A DNA stretch of 42,379 nucleotides from Polymyxa betae A26-41. Its lineage: Eukaryota > Protista > Endomyxa: Phytomyxea. The notes beneath the pieces are model-generated. The model saw only the letters and a program-made list of their open reading frames with translations, had not been told where the DNA came from and ran no database searches. The DNA lies in assembly GCA_003693705.1 (NCBI GenBank), contig RBZT01000700.1, positions 1 through 42,379 of the forward strand. Direction: 5' to 3'. Position numbers and translations under genes: made by a program. Shown here piece by piece: positions 10,101-23,352 of the stretch (position 1 is its first letter; every line of letters begins with the position of its first letter).

Positions 10101-13100
10101 TAAAAAAGAATTAAGTTGAATTGAAAAGATTTGAAACAAACTTAGAGAGCAAAGCAGATTTTGTAAATAAAATCAGTACAGCAGGATCATCTTCAAGACC
10201 GAAGAGAAAAATGAATATGCTTGAAAACAAGGAGGAAACTTCACAAAAAAAGATGGGAAGCGTAAGCTGACCGCTTGAGGGGCGACTGAAAACGGTGACC
10301 CGGGGTGCATTAAGGATCATAACACGCAGGAATTCGATCCAGGCAGCGACGTCCAGGTCGAGAAGTTCTGTCAGAATCTGGTCCACTTGCACCTCCGTAT
10401 CCAAGTCGGCGTCCCGACCGTAAAGAAACACCTGCAAACAGCAAACAATTATTGACTGTAAAAACGCCAACGAATTACAAATGTGATCGTGGATTTTTGA
10501 AGAACCTTGCGAAAAGAAAGCACAGAAATCCCAATAGAAATGTAACAAGCAAAGTGAAGGAACAGAAAGACGAAGAGCGAAAACTGAATTCTAAGGTTTA
10601 CTTCAATTGCTTTGCCGGCTACGAACTCGTGAGGCCGCTCCTGTACAAAACAGACTCTCAATTAGGGTTTGGTCAGGAAAACATCTTCAAGAGTAGCCCA
10701 CCTCGAGGTCCGCATAGAATTCTCGCAAGGTCTTGCCGATCAGCCGATGGACGCGCTACATTTCAGAATCAAAACCAGCAAATTATATAGTCTCAAAATC
10801 TCCAAAAAATAGACAGTAATAATGGCTCAAAATCTCCAGTAAATGGACAGCGATAACGGCTCAAAATCTACAATAAAGGGGCAACAATAATGGCCCAAAC
10901 AGTAAGCGAAGGAGAAATGCTGCTATACCTGAATATCAAACGTGTCGGAGTTTTCAAAGACATCTTGCAAAGTCTTCATGGTTAAGGGCAAGATCTGATC
11001 CATCCTGACAAGACTGGTTGAGCAGAAATCAGTTTCAAAGGTTTCAAGAAATTACGTTTCTGAGGTAGCGTCGGAAAAAGTAACGACTGAGAATGCTGTA
11101 GATTGCTCGGTCAGGTGATGCTCGACGCTAGTACAGTATGGCGGATCGCATTCCACCAAAGCTTGCTGGAGCGGCGAAACGGCTGTGGATAGGCACTCAG
11201 ACCATAAAAACAGAGGTCGGAGAAGAAATTAGTGAAAATTTCAAGAAAGGTTTTACGCGCAAAAAGAGCATACTAACTTCAAAAAGCAAGAAAAAACGCC
11301 AAAACGCAAACAAGAAGCTTAAATTCATCAGACACCATCTAACACAGAATACAACTCGATCAAATTGTCCGATCATAAACATTATAGAAAAAACCAAGCA
11401 AGCGAGCTGACCAGATTCTGACAGGTAACGCCAAAGAATTATCAGCTGCATTTTCCGACGAATGTCGACCCAGGGCGGACCTACACAGCATCAGTTTGAA
11501 ACAAAACTGAGCGTGTTTTGCTCTCCGTACCGGCCCAGCCCATAACCACCATCCCGAAAGATTCCTGCAAAACTGATTAGAATATAGAACTCAGAGAATG
11601 TATCAAGAGCCGATACGTCGTCAGTCGGGAAATAGACGATCTGTTCTGTAGTCTGGATAGGAGGAACGGGCATATGCCAAGGCTTGACAAAACGTGAAGC
11701 AGCGGCCTCTAAGCCTGGATAAACACATCAGAAATGTGAAAATATAAAATAAGCAGTAATCTGCCAATCCCACAGAGGACAAGTGAAACTCATCAGCCCA
11801 AGATTTGAAAGCGGAAGCCAGAGATAGAAAAGAGCGCAAGAGAAAAGAAAGCAGAAGTGAGTTAGAAGGCAATGAATAAAGAGGAAGGTACCAACGCTTG
11901 CGGATAATCTTGTTTTCGATTGGTTCAAGGGCAGCCCAAAGCCGTTGCAGATCGACAACACCAGTGATGATAAGTGTACTGAAGACAGTCAGATATCAAG
12001 ACAGAAAATGTTTGCGATTTTAGCACAGGTTCTCCGGTCGGTAGTATTCTGCATGATACTTGCGAATTGTATCAATCGTCAGATGACGTAGTTCGTGTAG
12101 CATACCACCAGTCTCGGAAGAGTAACCTTTCATCGAAATTAGAAATACTGATCTTGGATTGAAACGAATTGCTGAAGAGAAGCGGAGAAACGCAATAGTG
12201 CTCAAAAAATATCAACGTTGTTGGCTAAATGTTATTCAAGCGATCCAGCAGAAATATCGTTCATACAAACATAGAAAATATAATCGACGAACAATATTAG
12301 AGCGGCAGCGAACACGAAAGGTTGAGAACGAACCGACCATGTTTCGGAAAGCAGAGACGACGCAAGGCCAGCATGACACGGGACATGGCGGTATTTTCCC
12401 GAGCTTGCATCTCACAGTAGACGACACCGGCGCTGATGATAAAGCTCAATGAGAAATAGGTTGGCTGATAAGTGTTGGCTCACTCGGTGCCGGAGTCGGT
12501 GATATGGTGCACTTCGGTCACGAACCCGCTGTCGGTTAACGTCGGGAAAAGAGCATGATCCAGATAGACGGGGATTAGCGCCAGAAAACCGTCCTGGCCC
12601 GCCGTGGTCAACGTATATGCAGTGTGATCCACGTCCGTCCAGGCATTGGTTCCTAAGAAACAAAAATCAGCGCATTGAGATCATATCAAAGCTGGCATCA
12701 AGGATAAGCACGATGTGGAAAACGGAAACAGTAAGTCAGATGGGAAAAAATAAGATAAAGTTCAGAAAAGGAAGAAAAGTCAACCTGAAAAAAAGACGAC
12801 CTTCAGACAAATTACGATTTGCCAATTCATCAAGAACGCCTTTGTAAGGGTAATCTTCTGATCTAGAAAGTGGGAGAATGAACGGAATGAAAGTTAAGAA
12901 GCAAGTTCAGCCAACCCCAAGAAGACGAGATGCTCAAGTGTATGTGGACACCTGACGAGAAGAATGTTATTCAGAGAAGCGATTCAGAGGATAAAAAATT
13001 ATCATGAAACGAATGGCAGAGAAAAAACAACGACAATGGGCCAACAACAATTGGACGCAACGAAAGCAAGAAACAATAAAGAAACTCAGAGCGACTAGGA

Positions 13101-13496
13101 GGAAGCAAAGTAGAGAAACATATACAGGAAATAGTGTTAAAATCATTCGAAGGAAAGGCTCTAATGGAAAATTACAAATCCGCTACAAAGTTGAAATTTC
13201 AATATAAGAAATATCAAATCAGGCAACACTTTTTGATTGGCGAAAGCTGCAAACAAGCGAAATAGAGAATCACAGAAAACACAGATAAGGAATCACGAAA
13301 AACCTTACCCATCATCTGAATGCGATTCGGTACGAAAAGTGAAGACCCCGTTCACAAGCGGGCCTGGGATAGCAGATAAAACGACAGAGAGGCCAGTTGC
13401 CGGGCTTCGGTAGATCTGGACATCGGGAAGCGGACCATGGCGGCCGGAGCTAGTCTTGGCTGTGTGAATCAGCTCGAAAGCAGGCGCAGATCGCAT
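7123..13496 (-). CDS. M16 (insulinase-family) zinc metallopeptidase, Cym1/PreP-related (C05D11.1/Sdd3-like), multi-exon
   Basis: Spliced exons read SDDG|CPHTLEHLVFLG|SEDYPYKGVLDELANR..|GTNAWTDVDHTAYT, containing the inverted zinc motif HXXEH. Downstream exons include GYSSETGG..IRKYHAEYYRPENL and EGPLWKRIRGAGLSYSYG. The last exon ends ISAS-TAA at 7123. Not every exon boundary was checked. Confidence 0.92.
10792..10895. repeat. Intronic 34-bp minisatellite (x3)
   Basis: ctcaaaatct at 10792, 10826 and 10860, with similar intervening sequence. Confidence 0.85.
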
Positions 13497-15377
13497 CGCC
13501 GAATTACAATTGATGAGGCGACCGAAGTGCCGTTGCAGATTACAAAACAGCCTCGAAAAGATATTTTGAAAATGGACAAAGAGAAAATGAGCGCACTTTT
13601 ATCACAAGCTGCCACTTTTCATGACTATAAAGAGTATAAATACAGTATTCATAATCCCTAACTTTAAGCACCCTTCACTTTAAGTACTTCCTGGCACATC
13701 AACCCTTGAAACCAATACGTTTGTATGTGGAATTAAGGTCGGTTGGAAAGGGGGAGTGAGCAAATTTAAGATATAGTGCTAATGATCTTTTCACTCATCT
13801 TAAGAATATGGCCTGGCATAGTTCATGTTATCGAGCCGCTTAACATCAGCTCTAAACAGTTTAAAGTATGCAGAAATCCGATCGAATTTGGAGCAAAGGA
13901 AATAAAGACCGACCCGAAAACCGGCTGGAATGTTCAGATAATGGCTTTGATGATGAAAACGCATATCTGTAGAATCTTCATTGAATCAGTTATCAGAGAA
14001 ATACTATCCATAACAAATTACTGATTCGTCATGAGCCATGGCGGTAGAAGCACGCAAGCACGGGTGGGTCGCAACCGTGCACATTCTTGGCATTTGTGAA
14101 GAGATGCGTCACAGTGAGGTTGCGACGGATCACTTTCGGATTCGCTTTTTCTTTTTCTAAAATCTGGTTCGGCCAAAGAGTTGGGCAAAACCAAGAGATT
14201 CGAGCTCTTGCGGGCAGAACCAAGTAGATTTCAAGTCTACCCCTTTGACCAACCTGACACAACTGCATACGCTTGGCTGTACTCAGCCAAAAGGTGTACT
14301 CATGAATGTCCTGACAAAATGCAGCGATTAGCAGTTTGAATGGCTCTCCAATGCTCATTTTGTTCCAGCAAACGTTTATAGCAGAGACCAGCAAACAGTG
14401 CATTTTCAAACCCGATCGAAGATCAGATGGTAGTGTTTGTATTCCAGCGAAAATCTCGCCCAATGAATGATTTCTTTCTGCAGCATGTAAGTACTGATAT
14501 CACAATGCGTCGAATGGACTTCACTGGTTTGTTTAACGTTCATGCGGTGCTGTCATCATCGTCAACAAAGATTCCGGTTAAGATGAAGAAATATGACGAA
14601 TTTAGACACGATTTAAATCCTAGACTCAGTTTGATTCAAAGTTTTATCCCAAACAGAACGGCTGCGGAATCACATTGCCGAATCACTTCCGTAATCGCTC
14701 AAACACCAGCAGAAATCACAACCTCCCTCTGCAGCCGAAATGTTTGCTCCATATCTCGTAGATTTTCGAAATCGCTGTTTTTTACAGGGTTTGCCAAAGA
14801 AAAGTCACTTGGCTGGCCAACATTTCATCAATCGGAAAAAGATGCGATTGCATGAGTTGACCTGCGTTAGATTCCAGTCATTCACAGCCACCATTAGAAA
14901 ACAAAACAGCTGTATATTGTATAACCCCTTCCGACCACCTATTGAATGACTATACAACATGACCGAAATGGGCAAAAGGGAATTGTTTTCTCCTCGTTAT
15001 CACGAATGATGGATGTCTGGTCGTTGCTTGGCGGACTTCCTCCATGCTGATTCTGGCATTATCTGGAGCAATACTCAAAGCTGATGTTCGTGGCCTTGAG
15101 TGAAGCGAGGAGAGAAACATAATTTTGCCGGAGGGCTGCGCTTCCCATCGGAGCTATGACTCTAAAGACGAGTCGTGAGCGACGACTTAAAGAACCAAGC
15201 CTTTGCAAAAGGGCTGCGCCACCCATCGGAGCTGAGACCAGCGTGCTCACCCCACGTATCGGAGCTTGTTCGGAGGTTATCCAGCTGGCTCCCAAGTTCA
15301 CCAAAATCCTCACCGTCCGACTTCTTCAATTCTCTCGGCTCTTTTTCAGCCTGATTTGTCAGCTGCTTAGAGGTTTA

Positions 15378-16252
15378 ATGTCGGCTGAAGAATTACTCCA
15401 GCTCATGAAGCATGATGGAGTCGAACGAAGCCCGCTTCTGGAACCCAAACCGGAGTCTGACAGCCGTCGCAAAAAGCCGCGACTTTCAAAGAAGCCGAAA
15501 ACGCAGCGACTGATCTGGACTGCGGATGACGTACGAACGTTACTCGATATCCGACATTCGGCGCAATCGTTGGAGCTATTCAAAGCTTGTAAAACTGCGA
15601 AACAGAAATCGTCGTGGTGGACGTGGTTAACCAAAGCCGTCTCCATGAAACTGGGCCGTCATGTGATCACGAAACAAGTCAAGAATCGATATGATAAGCT
15701 GAAGGCCGAATATCAACAAGTCCTGTATGTCGAGGAGCATAGGAAAACTCATCCTCATGTTTACGTCCGGTATCCAAAATACTGGGACGCCATGGTCGAT
15801 TATTTTCAGGTCCATACAAACATCTGAAAGCCGGGAGAGACTCAAATTGACTTTAGCTCGGGAGAAGCTCCGATATCTTTGTCGATATCAACGATGAGAG
15901 TGTCGCAGGCGATTCTAAAGCAACAGCATCGGAGCCCAGCTCTGATGAGGATTCGATGGAGCGGCCGGAAGGCTCTTTGGAGACGCTGGCTCAACTTGGG
16001 GAGACGATTTCAAACGAGAGCAACAAACTATCGAAAACTTGCCCTATGACGACCTTGGTGGATGGACGCTGCGAGCCGTCGGTCTCAGATCTGCTCGAGA
16101 ACTTGAAAAGCATGATACAAGCGCAAACTTCCCGTACTGAGTCACTGGTCGCCCATCAACAAGAGGCTGCCAGACATCAGAATGCAATTGATCTGCAGAT
16201 TTTCCGAATTTTGCAATCGATCTCGGATAAAGTCCAAACGAAACACTTGTAA
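15378..16252 (+). CDS. Myb/SANT-like (trihelix) DNA-binding protein, Harbinger-ORF-like; intron 15810-15856
   Basis: IWTADDVRTLL...WWTWL...KQVKNRYDKLKAEY...KYWDAM, preceded by the basic NLS-like RRKKPRLSKKPK. A 47-nt GT-AG intron joins in phase 0 to an acidic linker and a Gln-rich helical tail. Confidence 0.82.
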
Positions 16253-16477
16253 TGAATTTTGCTGAAATATCCCATTTGCCATCAGCATATATCCCATTTG
16301 GCATCATATTACAGTCATGTTCAAGAATGTGGAATTGTGCTTGGCAGATTTTCTAAATATAATCAATAATATGGCTGTTTCAATGTACTGAAACGAAATG
16401 ATTTGTCCTAGAAACTACAGGGTTCTCCCTAAATGGTTAATGGCCAAAAGCAGGCAGGAAGGACCACAGAGCCGACA

Positions 16478-16579
16478 CAGCCTGGGCGGGGCCTCCCCTC
16501 TTCCGATACAGGAAGAGCTGTCTGGGCGCGGCGTCCCCTCTTCCGATACAGGAAGTGCAGCCTGGGCGCGGCCTCCCTC
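16478..16579. repeat. 40-bp GC-rich tandem repeat (x2.5) with internal hairpin
   Basis: Units start at 16478, 16518 and 16558. Each full unit contains cttcc-gataca-ggaag. Confidence 0.9.
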
Positions 16580-16799
16580 GCCTCCGCTTTGAATCTTTTC
16601 GAGCATGCTGACTTGCTGAGCCAGCAGTCATCGGCATTATAGCAGGCTGTCGAAGAGCAATGCACAGCACGTGGTAAAATGGTCCCAAAGTTGGAGGTCG
16701 AAGATTGTCATTAAGAAGCCTGACACGATATTGTGACACCATTGGGGTTCCCTCTCTAGAGCATCGAGGTCTTGTGAGCGTCATTTTCTCCCTCTATCA

Positions 16800-17510
16800 G
16801 CCGTTCATCGTCCCATCTGGACGAGATCCTTCAAGCTCAGTCAGATCTCCTCACCAATATACGATCTTCGCCCTAATGACCTTGTTGAGTTGGTTCGATT
16901 AACCCAAATGCAAACCTGTGTGAATGCTGCTAAAAATTCAGGTCTGTTTTTTACTTGGCTCTGAACTTAATCGCCGCTATTTGCTCAATGATGCATAATT
17001 TTCGGCTTTTTTACATGAATCGAGATGATTTGCTATTTTAAATACTCTCCCAGAAAATGTTTTTTCGCTGCGTTTACAAATCCATTATCATCATCCTTCA
17101 AAGTTGATTCGAGAGGTTTAGACCAGGTAGGCGAGGTTGAATGTTATTGCGCTATCAGCTACTGCTTCTGCATGATATTAACAAGCATGTCCGGAAGCAA
17201 CTCATCACTTCCTAACAAGCAGAATCTGTCGGCATGAGCGTAGTCGGGCTGTTTCCGGTAATCTCGCAAAGGTCCTTTTTTTAGGAGCTTTGCCATTCGG
17301 TGGCGCCACTGCGGAAAGTTGGCTCCATTGAATATCGGCATTAGTGCTCGTTCATTGGGAGCGTCGCTCATGGTGGAGTTGGGGACTTTTAAGCTGAACG
17401 AACAGAGAGACGACAAGACAGCGACTCCCTCTTGTTGTGTCAATAGCGAAGTAGCCTTCGCCCTTTTATTATTCGTAGTTAATGTTTCAGTTTTTACTGG
17501 AGCAATGACC
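16800..17510 (-). mobile_element. Ty1/copia LTR retrotransposon remnant (gag N-terminus, degenerate PBS)
   Basis: MPIFNGANFPQWRHRMAKLL (ORF 17371 to 17159) matches the copia gag N-terminal pattern. ggtcattgctccag (17510-17497) matches the half-tRNA-Met PBS GGTTATGGGCCCAG at 10/14. The left boundary is approximate. Confidence 0.65.
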
Positions 17511-18289
17511 ACGGGCATCTTTATGAAAAAAAAAACAGCATTTTCATGTTTGCTTGTACATCGAATCGGTCAAGAAAATATTCGCAGATTCTGAGCTGAT
17601 ACACGAGGGCGCTGACAACAGAGTCTCGATTAAGCTATGTTTCAGGAACTGAAACGTGTCGTCATTCATCAGAACCTGAAAGAAAAATGGGTCTGATCAT
17701 CTCGAAGACGGGAACTGAAATGTTCAATCAGAGCGTTATCATCACCATGGAACTCATCCCAGAAATCATCACTCTCAATCAGCGGCTTGAACGCAGACGC
17801 GGACTCCGCGAACGCTGTCGCATCCCTATCCAGAAATCCACGTCCAGAATTACCTTGGCGGTCTTCCCATTCCGGAACAGCCCGAACCCAGCAATTTGAA
17901 GGTGATCATGATGGGCCAGTACTTCCCCGCGAGTAGCGGATCTCGAAACAGGCAATCGAAGAAGTCGTCACTTTGTTTGTCGCCGCCACCAATGTGTTTC
18001 ACGAGCAGGCGCAATCCGGTTGGCCAGTACGACCGCGCACCGATCGTCGCGGATGCTGTCGCAGAACGGCTTGAGCTCGAACAGAACCAGTCCCAGGTCC
18101 GTTCGGACATTCGGCATAAAAACGGACCCATCTCGTACAGGTAATCGGCATACGCGGCCTCCGCCTGACGGTGTCCGCATCGTCAACCTCGACCAAGGAC
18201 ACAGAGTCGAGGATTGGGAACTGAACCCTAAACCCTAAACCCTGCATAACGCCGAAGTCGGCGAGTTCATCCGGGCAACGAGACAGCAG

Positions 18290-18420
18290 ATGTTTGGGCT
18301 AGTTTGGCGACATCGATTCATTCGGGTTCGTGGTTCCTATGTACTACAGGAGATCATCGTATTCATGGCGGAAGGAACAATGATTGCGGACCCCATGACC
18401 CCAACGGGGGTCATCACCAT
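18290..18420 (+). pseudogene. Possible copia RNase H C-terminal fragment
   Basis: RHRFIR...IIVFMAEGTMIADPMT resembles the copia ending RYHFIRE...MIADxLTK. Confidence 0.3.
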
Positions 18421-21390
18421 GATTGACTGGTTTGGTGCGATGGTGACAGTGTTTGAACACCTTGACGGATTCAAAGCCCAAATGGCGAAATTCGAATCTT
18501 TTCGCAAAAGCGCGGATTGTGAGCAACCATAAGTTTGGCTTTGAAATTTCCGAATGACCACCGACCATGAATCGGCGCAGACCGTGAGGCTCGCCACGGC
18601 CCTGCTTCCATGAATATTAGAGCCATCCACCAATAGTTCCCAGTATGAGGTAAAAGCCAACTTATGGTCATCACGTTACTCTTATAGAAATCCTGTTATT
18701 TCCATACAACTAGAAGCAGCTTCTCCTCGGCTTTGCTCAGGTAGAATCCGATATTGGCTCTGCCAATCAGATCGAGAGTATGGGCTGCCAACATAATGAT
18801 CTAACTGTTACGCTCCTGCACAAAACGTTCGACCGTGATGACTCATGAATCCTCAATAGTGCCAAAAGGATTTCGAAAAGTGCGAACGAAATTTTGGAAT
18901 CAAACTGCGCGATTGCGTTTCTACTTCATGTTTTGGGTACTTATCTGGTGCCAAAATATTTCATGCCCTCACAAAGATTGTGTCCCGCAGTAGGTAAACA
19001 TTCTTTAAAAAGTTCGCTTTATAGAAATATTCCTTTCGGCAAAAGCTATCGATCTTTAACGCTATTGTTTGGCAACTGGGTCATCCAGCACGAGAATATA
19101 GTCCGAAGTTTATGTATGGGAAATTTGAGGATTAAGGCCGCAGGTAATATCGAATGTTTCGAAAACTCAAAGATATTGAATAAAAATGCGCCGCTTCTGA
19201 ATCCCGAGAAACCTACTTTTAAGTACCACGAAAGCGGTAGCTGCAATATAGCAATATAATCGAAGCTTTTTTAATGGAACCAACACGCAGTTTTAAGCGC
19301 AGAAATGAGCGCGAAAATTTGTGCGTTGTGCGTCACAACTTCGATTTCATTTTCTTGTGCTAAATTTGATTGTTTCTCGGCGACGTCCTTAACAACGGCA
19401 TTTGTAAATTTATATTAAAATGGGAGGGTGGCTAGTTGCTGGATGTATGAGAATGAATCTGTGAATAGATGGATCTTCCTATCTACAAGTTCTAGTGGAA
19501 GAGATACCTAGACCTGATTTCAGTTTCGTCGCTCGATACAGCGTTTTTGAGATTTAACGCAGTTTTGATTGAGAGTAACAAAGCTGTTCTGGGCGGTCTC
19601 TATCTCTGGTGGGATCATGTCCGGATAAAGAAGCTGAAACACGCCCGAGCTACCAGTCCGCATTGCCAAGATAAACAATGAGCTTTGATCGCTTCTAGAA
19701 TGAATCCAATAATAATCGGGTCTTGACTTCGCCAACAAATCGCCATCTTAAACCCGGCTATCGAGAAAGGAAAACAAGTTTTCATCATGATAGGATCATT
19801 GGCGTTTTCGTGTTAATCAGGGTTTTAGGGTTTCGCTTATAATTGCTAAAGCAGCCGTTATGTCAGCTGGTTTGATTTCATCTGAGAGCGTATTCAATAA
19901 CTTGATTTTTTTAGCAAAAACTGTCGATGTTGGGATGGGGAAAAATCGATTTCCTTAACAGACGAATTTGGGTTTGAAACGACCCGTTCTACCTCTGCAA
20001 ACGTGTAGCTGTAATTCTGACATTGTCTTTTTCAAGATATCATCAGGCTTAGAGTTAACCTTAAGACAATGAAGGAGCGATATCCTGTCTGGTTATCCTC
20101 ATCTCTCGTATTGATCAGAGTCGGCTGAACTTATTCATCCTGTAAAACATTTAACGAATAACTTTGTGTATTTACGAACATAAAAAACAAATGTTTTTAT
20201 AGGAGATCGCAGATATAACCCCAGTATAGGAAACCCTAACTTTTAGGAGTCAAATCTGTAAATGAATTCAATTTTATCGGCAGGTTACGGTTTATAAGGC
20301 GGTGTTGAAATAGAAGTGAGTTCGGTATACAGCTGAGTGTTTCGCGCCTCGGAATAATGCAGTCCTAAAACGTTATCGATATCGATTTTTTTCACAAAAT
20401 ATCACGGGAGCTGTTTTCTGGAATTGTTGCTTAGACCTATTTTGCTTTGATGATATTGTTCATTACGCCGCCCAATCATGCGTTAATTAGGTGGGCTTGA
20501 TAAGGCGTTGGTGACGACTCCCCGGAATTTGACGAATTCGACAAGCTCGGATGTCGTCGTGGTTTCCGCCGATGGAAATTTATCACGAAAGTGCCATGAG
20601 AAAATGAAAGAAGAATCTTGCGGATTGAAGGAAATGCAATTTTTTGGGAATGGATTCTGAAAATTGATTTTATATATTATATTTTAGGGGATTTTTGGAA
20701 TTCGATACGAAGGCGTCATTGTTATTTTCGTATGTTAAAATCTTGAAAATCTTGACTCGGGGTGAATTTTGTATCTTTTTTATGGGGAACACTGGATTTT
20801 AACCGACTTGACAAAATACAAACGAACCTGCTAGTTGTATTTTTACAACCAGTTGTACGACGAACTTCTTATTATTAAAGGGCGAGCCTAACCCTTGGCG
20901 AACCTCTGGCTGTTATCAATAGATACCGCGCAGTAGTCTGATTTATTGAGCTCCCTTGGATCGTTGTTATGTTTTTTTTGTTGAAATTCGAAATTCAAGC
21001 TGAATAGTGAATACGCACCGCCCCGTTAGGGGTGATTTAATGGTGTAAATTGTTTCAATCTTCTTTGGAAGAGGTTTTTGTATTACAATTCAGTTTAAAA
21101 CTTTTCTGAGTTAGAATGCCTTTGCAGTCAGCACAGCGTTCTGATGTCGCCAGTCTTGCTCGGTTTATTGTTTGGATTTACAAAGTCGGCATTTTTAACT
21201 CGAGAACCTCGTTTTCCCTGACCGCGCTGAGGTGGAAGGACCGGCAAACAAATTGCAAAAGAAATTTGAATTTCCTGAACATGGGAAATTGAAGAAATAT
21301 TGTTTCGTCATTTGATTTATGATTATCATATTCAGAAAACGTTCTTCATATCCTACAAGCTGAGTCGTCTTTCTGAAAATCAGCATAAAA

Positions 21391-21736
21391 TGCTTGATCT
21401 CCTTGATATAATAATTGTCCAGCTTGTAATTTTGAAAACTTTTTTTGGTTATCAGACGATTTAATATTATTTTATCTTGAATTATTTGCTGTTTATAATG
21501 CGTCAAACCAAGTTTTGGAGTCTTGAGAGGAATAGAGAACAGGGTTCGAATCCCTGAAGGGTGCCTTTTCTCGAGACTCTTCTCTTTCTTCGTAAGAAAA
21601 GCCTAGTAAGAGAATAGTCTCATTAATGGGTGAAATATCTTCTAAATTTGAAACCCTAACCCTAACATAGACTGTACTCGCATTTGGAATGGATTATCGG
21701 GTTCGTATTGATGCAAAAGGTTCAGAGATTTTATGC
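21391..21736. repeat. Left arm of a long degenerate inverted repeat (internally deleted copy)
   Basis: Reverse-complement blocks: 21391-21430/27541-27582, 21470-21483/27407-27420 (14/14), 21522-21570/27146-27194 (45/49), 21571-21644/27067-27139 and 21663-21736/26298-26370. Confidence 0.85.
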
Positions 21737-22060
21737 TCTCCAACGAGCAACGGAATGCATCATATATCTGGATTGTATTATCTGGTACAACATGTTGACA
21801 AAGGAGGCCTGAAGCTCGTGGCAGGTTCGCTGCATCTCGTTGTTTTTATTCCTCGTTGGTGACAAACCCGAAAGTTTGGCATTCAGCAGCACAATTCGAA
21901 GCAGATTGAATGGTGCGATCCAATTAGGAGCACGAAAGAAACGAAATACACAGATTTTATCTTCTTCCAGCTCACCGTCAGGTCACAAAAATGATTCAGA
22001 AAAGACACGTAGAATCAGAAGTCGAAAAAAATACGTTAGCTGCGCACAAACACTGTACCG

Positions 22061-22617
22061 AGTAACATTGTTTGCGACCCTGAATTCGAGTTAGCAGTGG
22101 TAAAAGTTCAGAAATCACAAATGGCAGGAGAGCCCCTCAGTCTTTCACGAAAAGAGAAGGCATCGATTAAACATTTACTGAAACCAATCAATCATATTCC
22201 TGCAACTGACACAACCGATCATAGTATTGTCGAAGATGTTGACTTAACCGGATTAGCGGCTGCTATCCGTCGCTGAAAAAAACGAAAGATCGACAGGCCA
22301 AACGAAAGTACTCATTATATTGATCTTAGATTTATCCGGCCAACAACAAATGTTTGCGAGCGGATGTTTAGCACTGCTGGGTATACCTACTCCAAGACCC
22401 GGCAGAGCTTGCTGCCAGAAAATCTGGAAATGCAACTCTTTCTTAAAGCAAATGACCATCTATGGGACGAATCCCTTTTTATTTGTTATTGCACAATAAC
22501 TTATTCCTATTGATGCAATCTTAGGAAATTATTCTTGAGCGCGCCTCAGCCCAAAAGAATAACTTATTCCTGTTGGATCATCCCAAAAAATAACAAATAG
22601 TTATTTCGGAAGCCCTG
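22061..22617 (+). mobile_element. hAT-superfamily DNA transposon 3' remnant (transposase C-terminus plus putative right TIR)
   Basis: Frame 22061-22513 reads IVCDPEFELAVVKVQ...(one TGA)...YIDLRFIRPTTNVCERMFSTAGYTYSKTRQSLLPENLEMQLFLKAN, the hAT C-terminal dimerisation-domain pattern. Subterminal aataacttattcct occurs twice, and the element ends ...cggaagccctg (reverse complement CAGGGCTTCCG). Confidence 0.85.
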
Positions 22618-23352
22618 CAAACACAGAACGAGACAAATCGAAAGTCGTTATCAAGAAACAATACTGCGTGATGACTTTTTTGCTGACAGAAAACTCTTCG
22701 TAGAATGGATTGGGAAAGGGATTCTGTCTGTCGACGGATGCGAAACATCACTATTTGGTGATTTGGCTAAACCCTAAAACCCTACGCTTAACCGCACCAA
22801 GCAAACGATGCAGCCTAAAAGCATTGCAGCCGAATATCCACTTTAATCGAATGTCCTGTATTACCAGATCGGGTGTCAAGCTGTCAAAAATCGCGCCTGA
22901 ATCGTCGACCATTGTCACAGGAAATCGACGTGATGAACGGCGTCGCCTCTATGAGACCGTCTCAGGTTCGTTTTGAAAGAGGGGGCGATTACGAAGGAAG
23001 GAGCGGCTCAGATGACGATACTGACAGCTGTTTAATAAGATAAAATAAAATGACAAAAAGATGGACGAAAAGAAGAGAGATTCTCCTGAATTTCACGACT
23101 CACTATATAGCAATGATCGAGTCGGCACGGAAAGCGCAACCTCCTGCAATCGCCGAGCCGGTCGCCTGCGCTCGACCCTCTCCCGTATCCCCAACCCCAT
23201 CACACCGATCTGCCCCTTTTCACCTGAGAATCGTCCCAGCCCGATGCTGAATGGAATCGCTGGTTGGCAGCAATAGCAGAAAAGTCCGCCAACCCCGTGA
23301 CGGACTTTCGTCACTGCGTCAGTCCATTCTCTCTTCCGAGCTCTCTCTGGAC

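Noticed and set aside
7367-13207. Numerous short Lys-rich (+) and Phe-rich (-) ORFs
   Set aside because: They are read-throughs of T-rich introns and exon fragments of the M16 peptidase gene.
14029-14949. Transposase remnant (IFVDDDDST on the minus strand, Mutator-like)
   Set aside because: It is a single short motif in a frame broken by several TGAs, and no other catalytic motifs were recognised.
19520-19738. Ankyrin-repeat fragment (SSLFILAMRTGSSGVFQLL)
   Set aside because: Only one weak repeat and no supportable gene model.
21522-21570. Complete tRNA gene
   Set aside because: Only the T-arm is present; neither copy has an anticodon arm or a pairing 5' acceptor strand.
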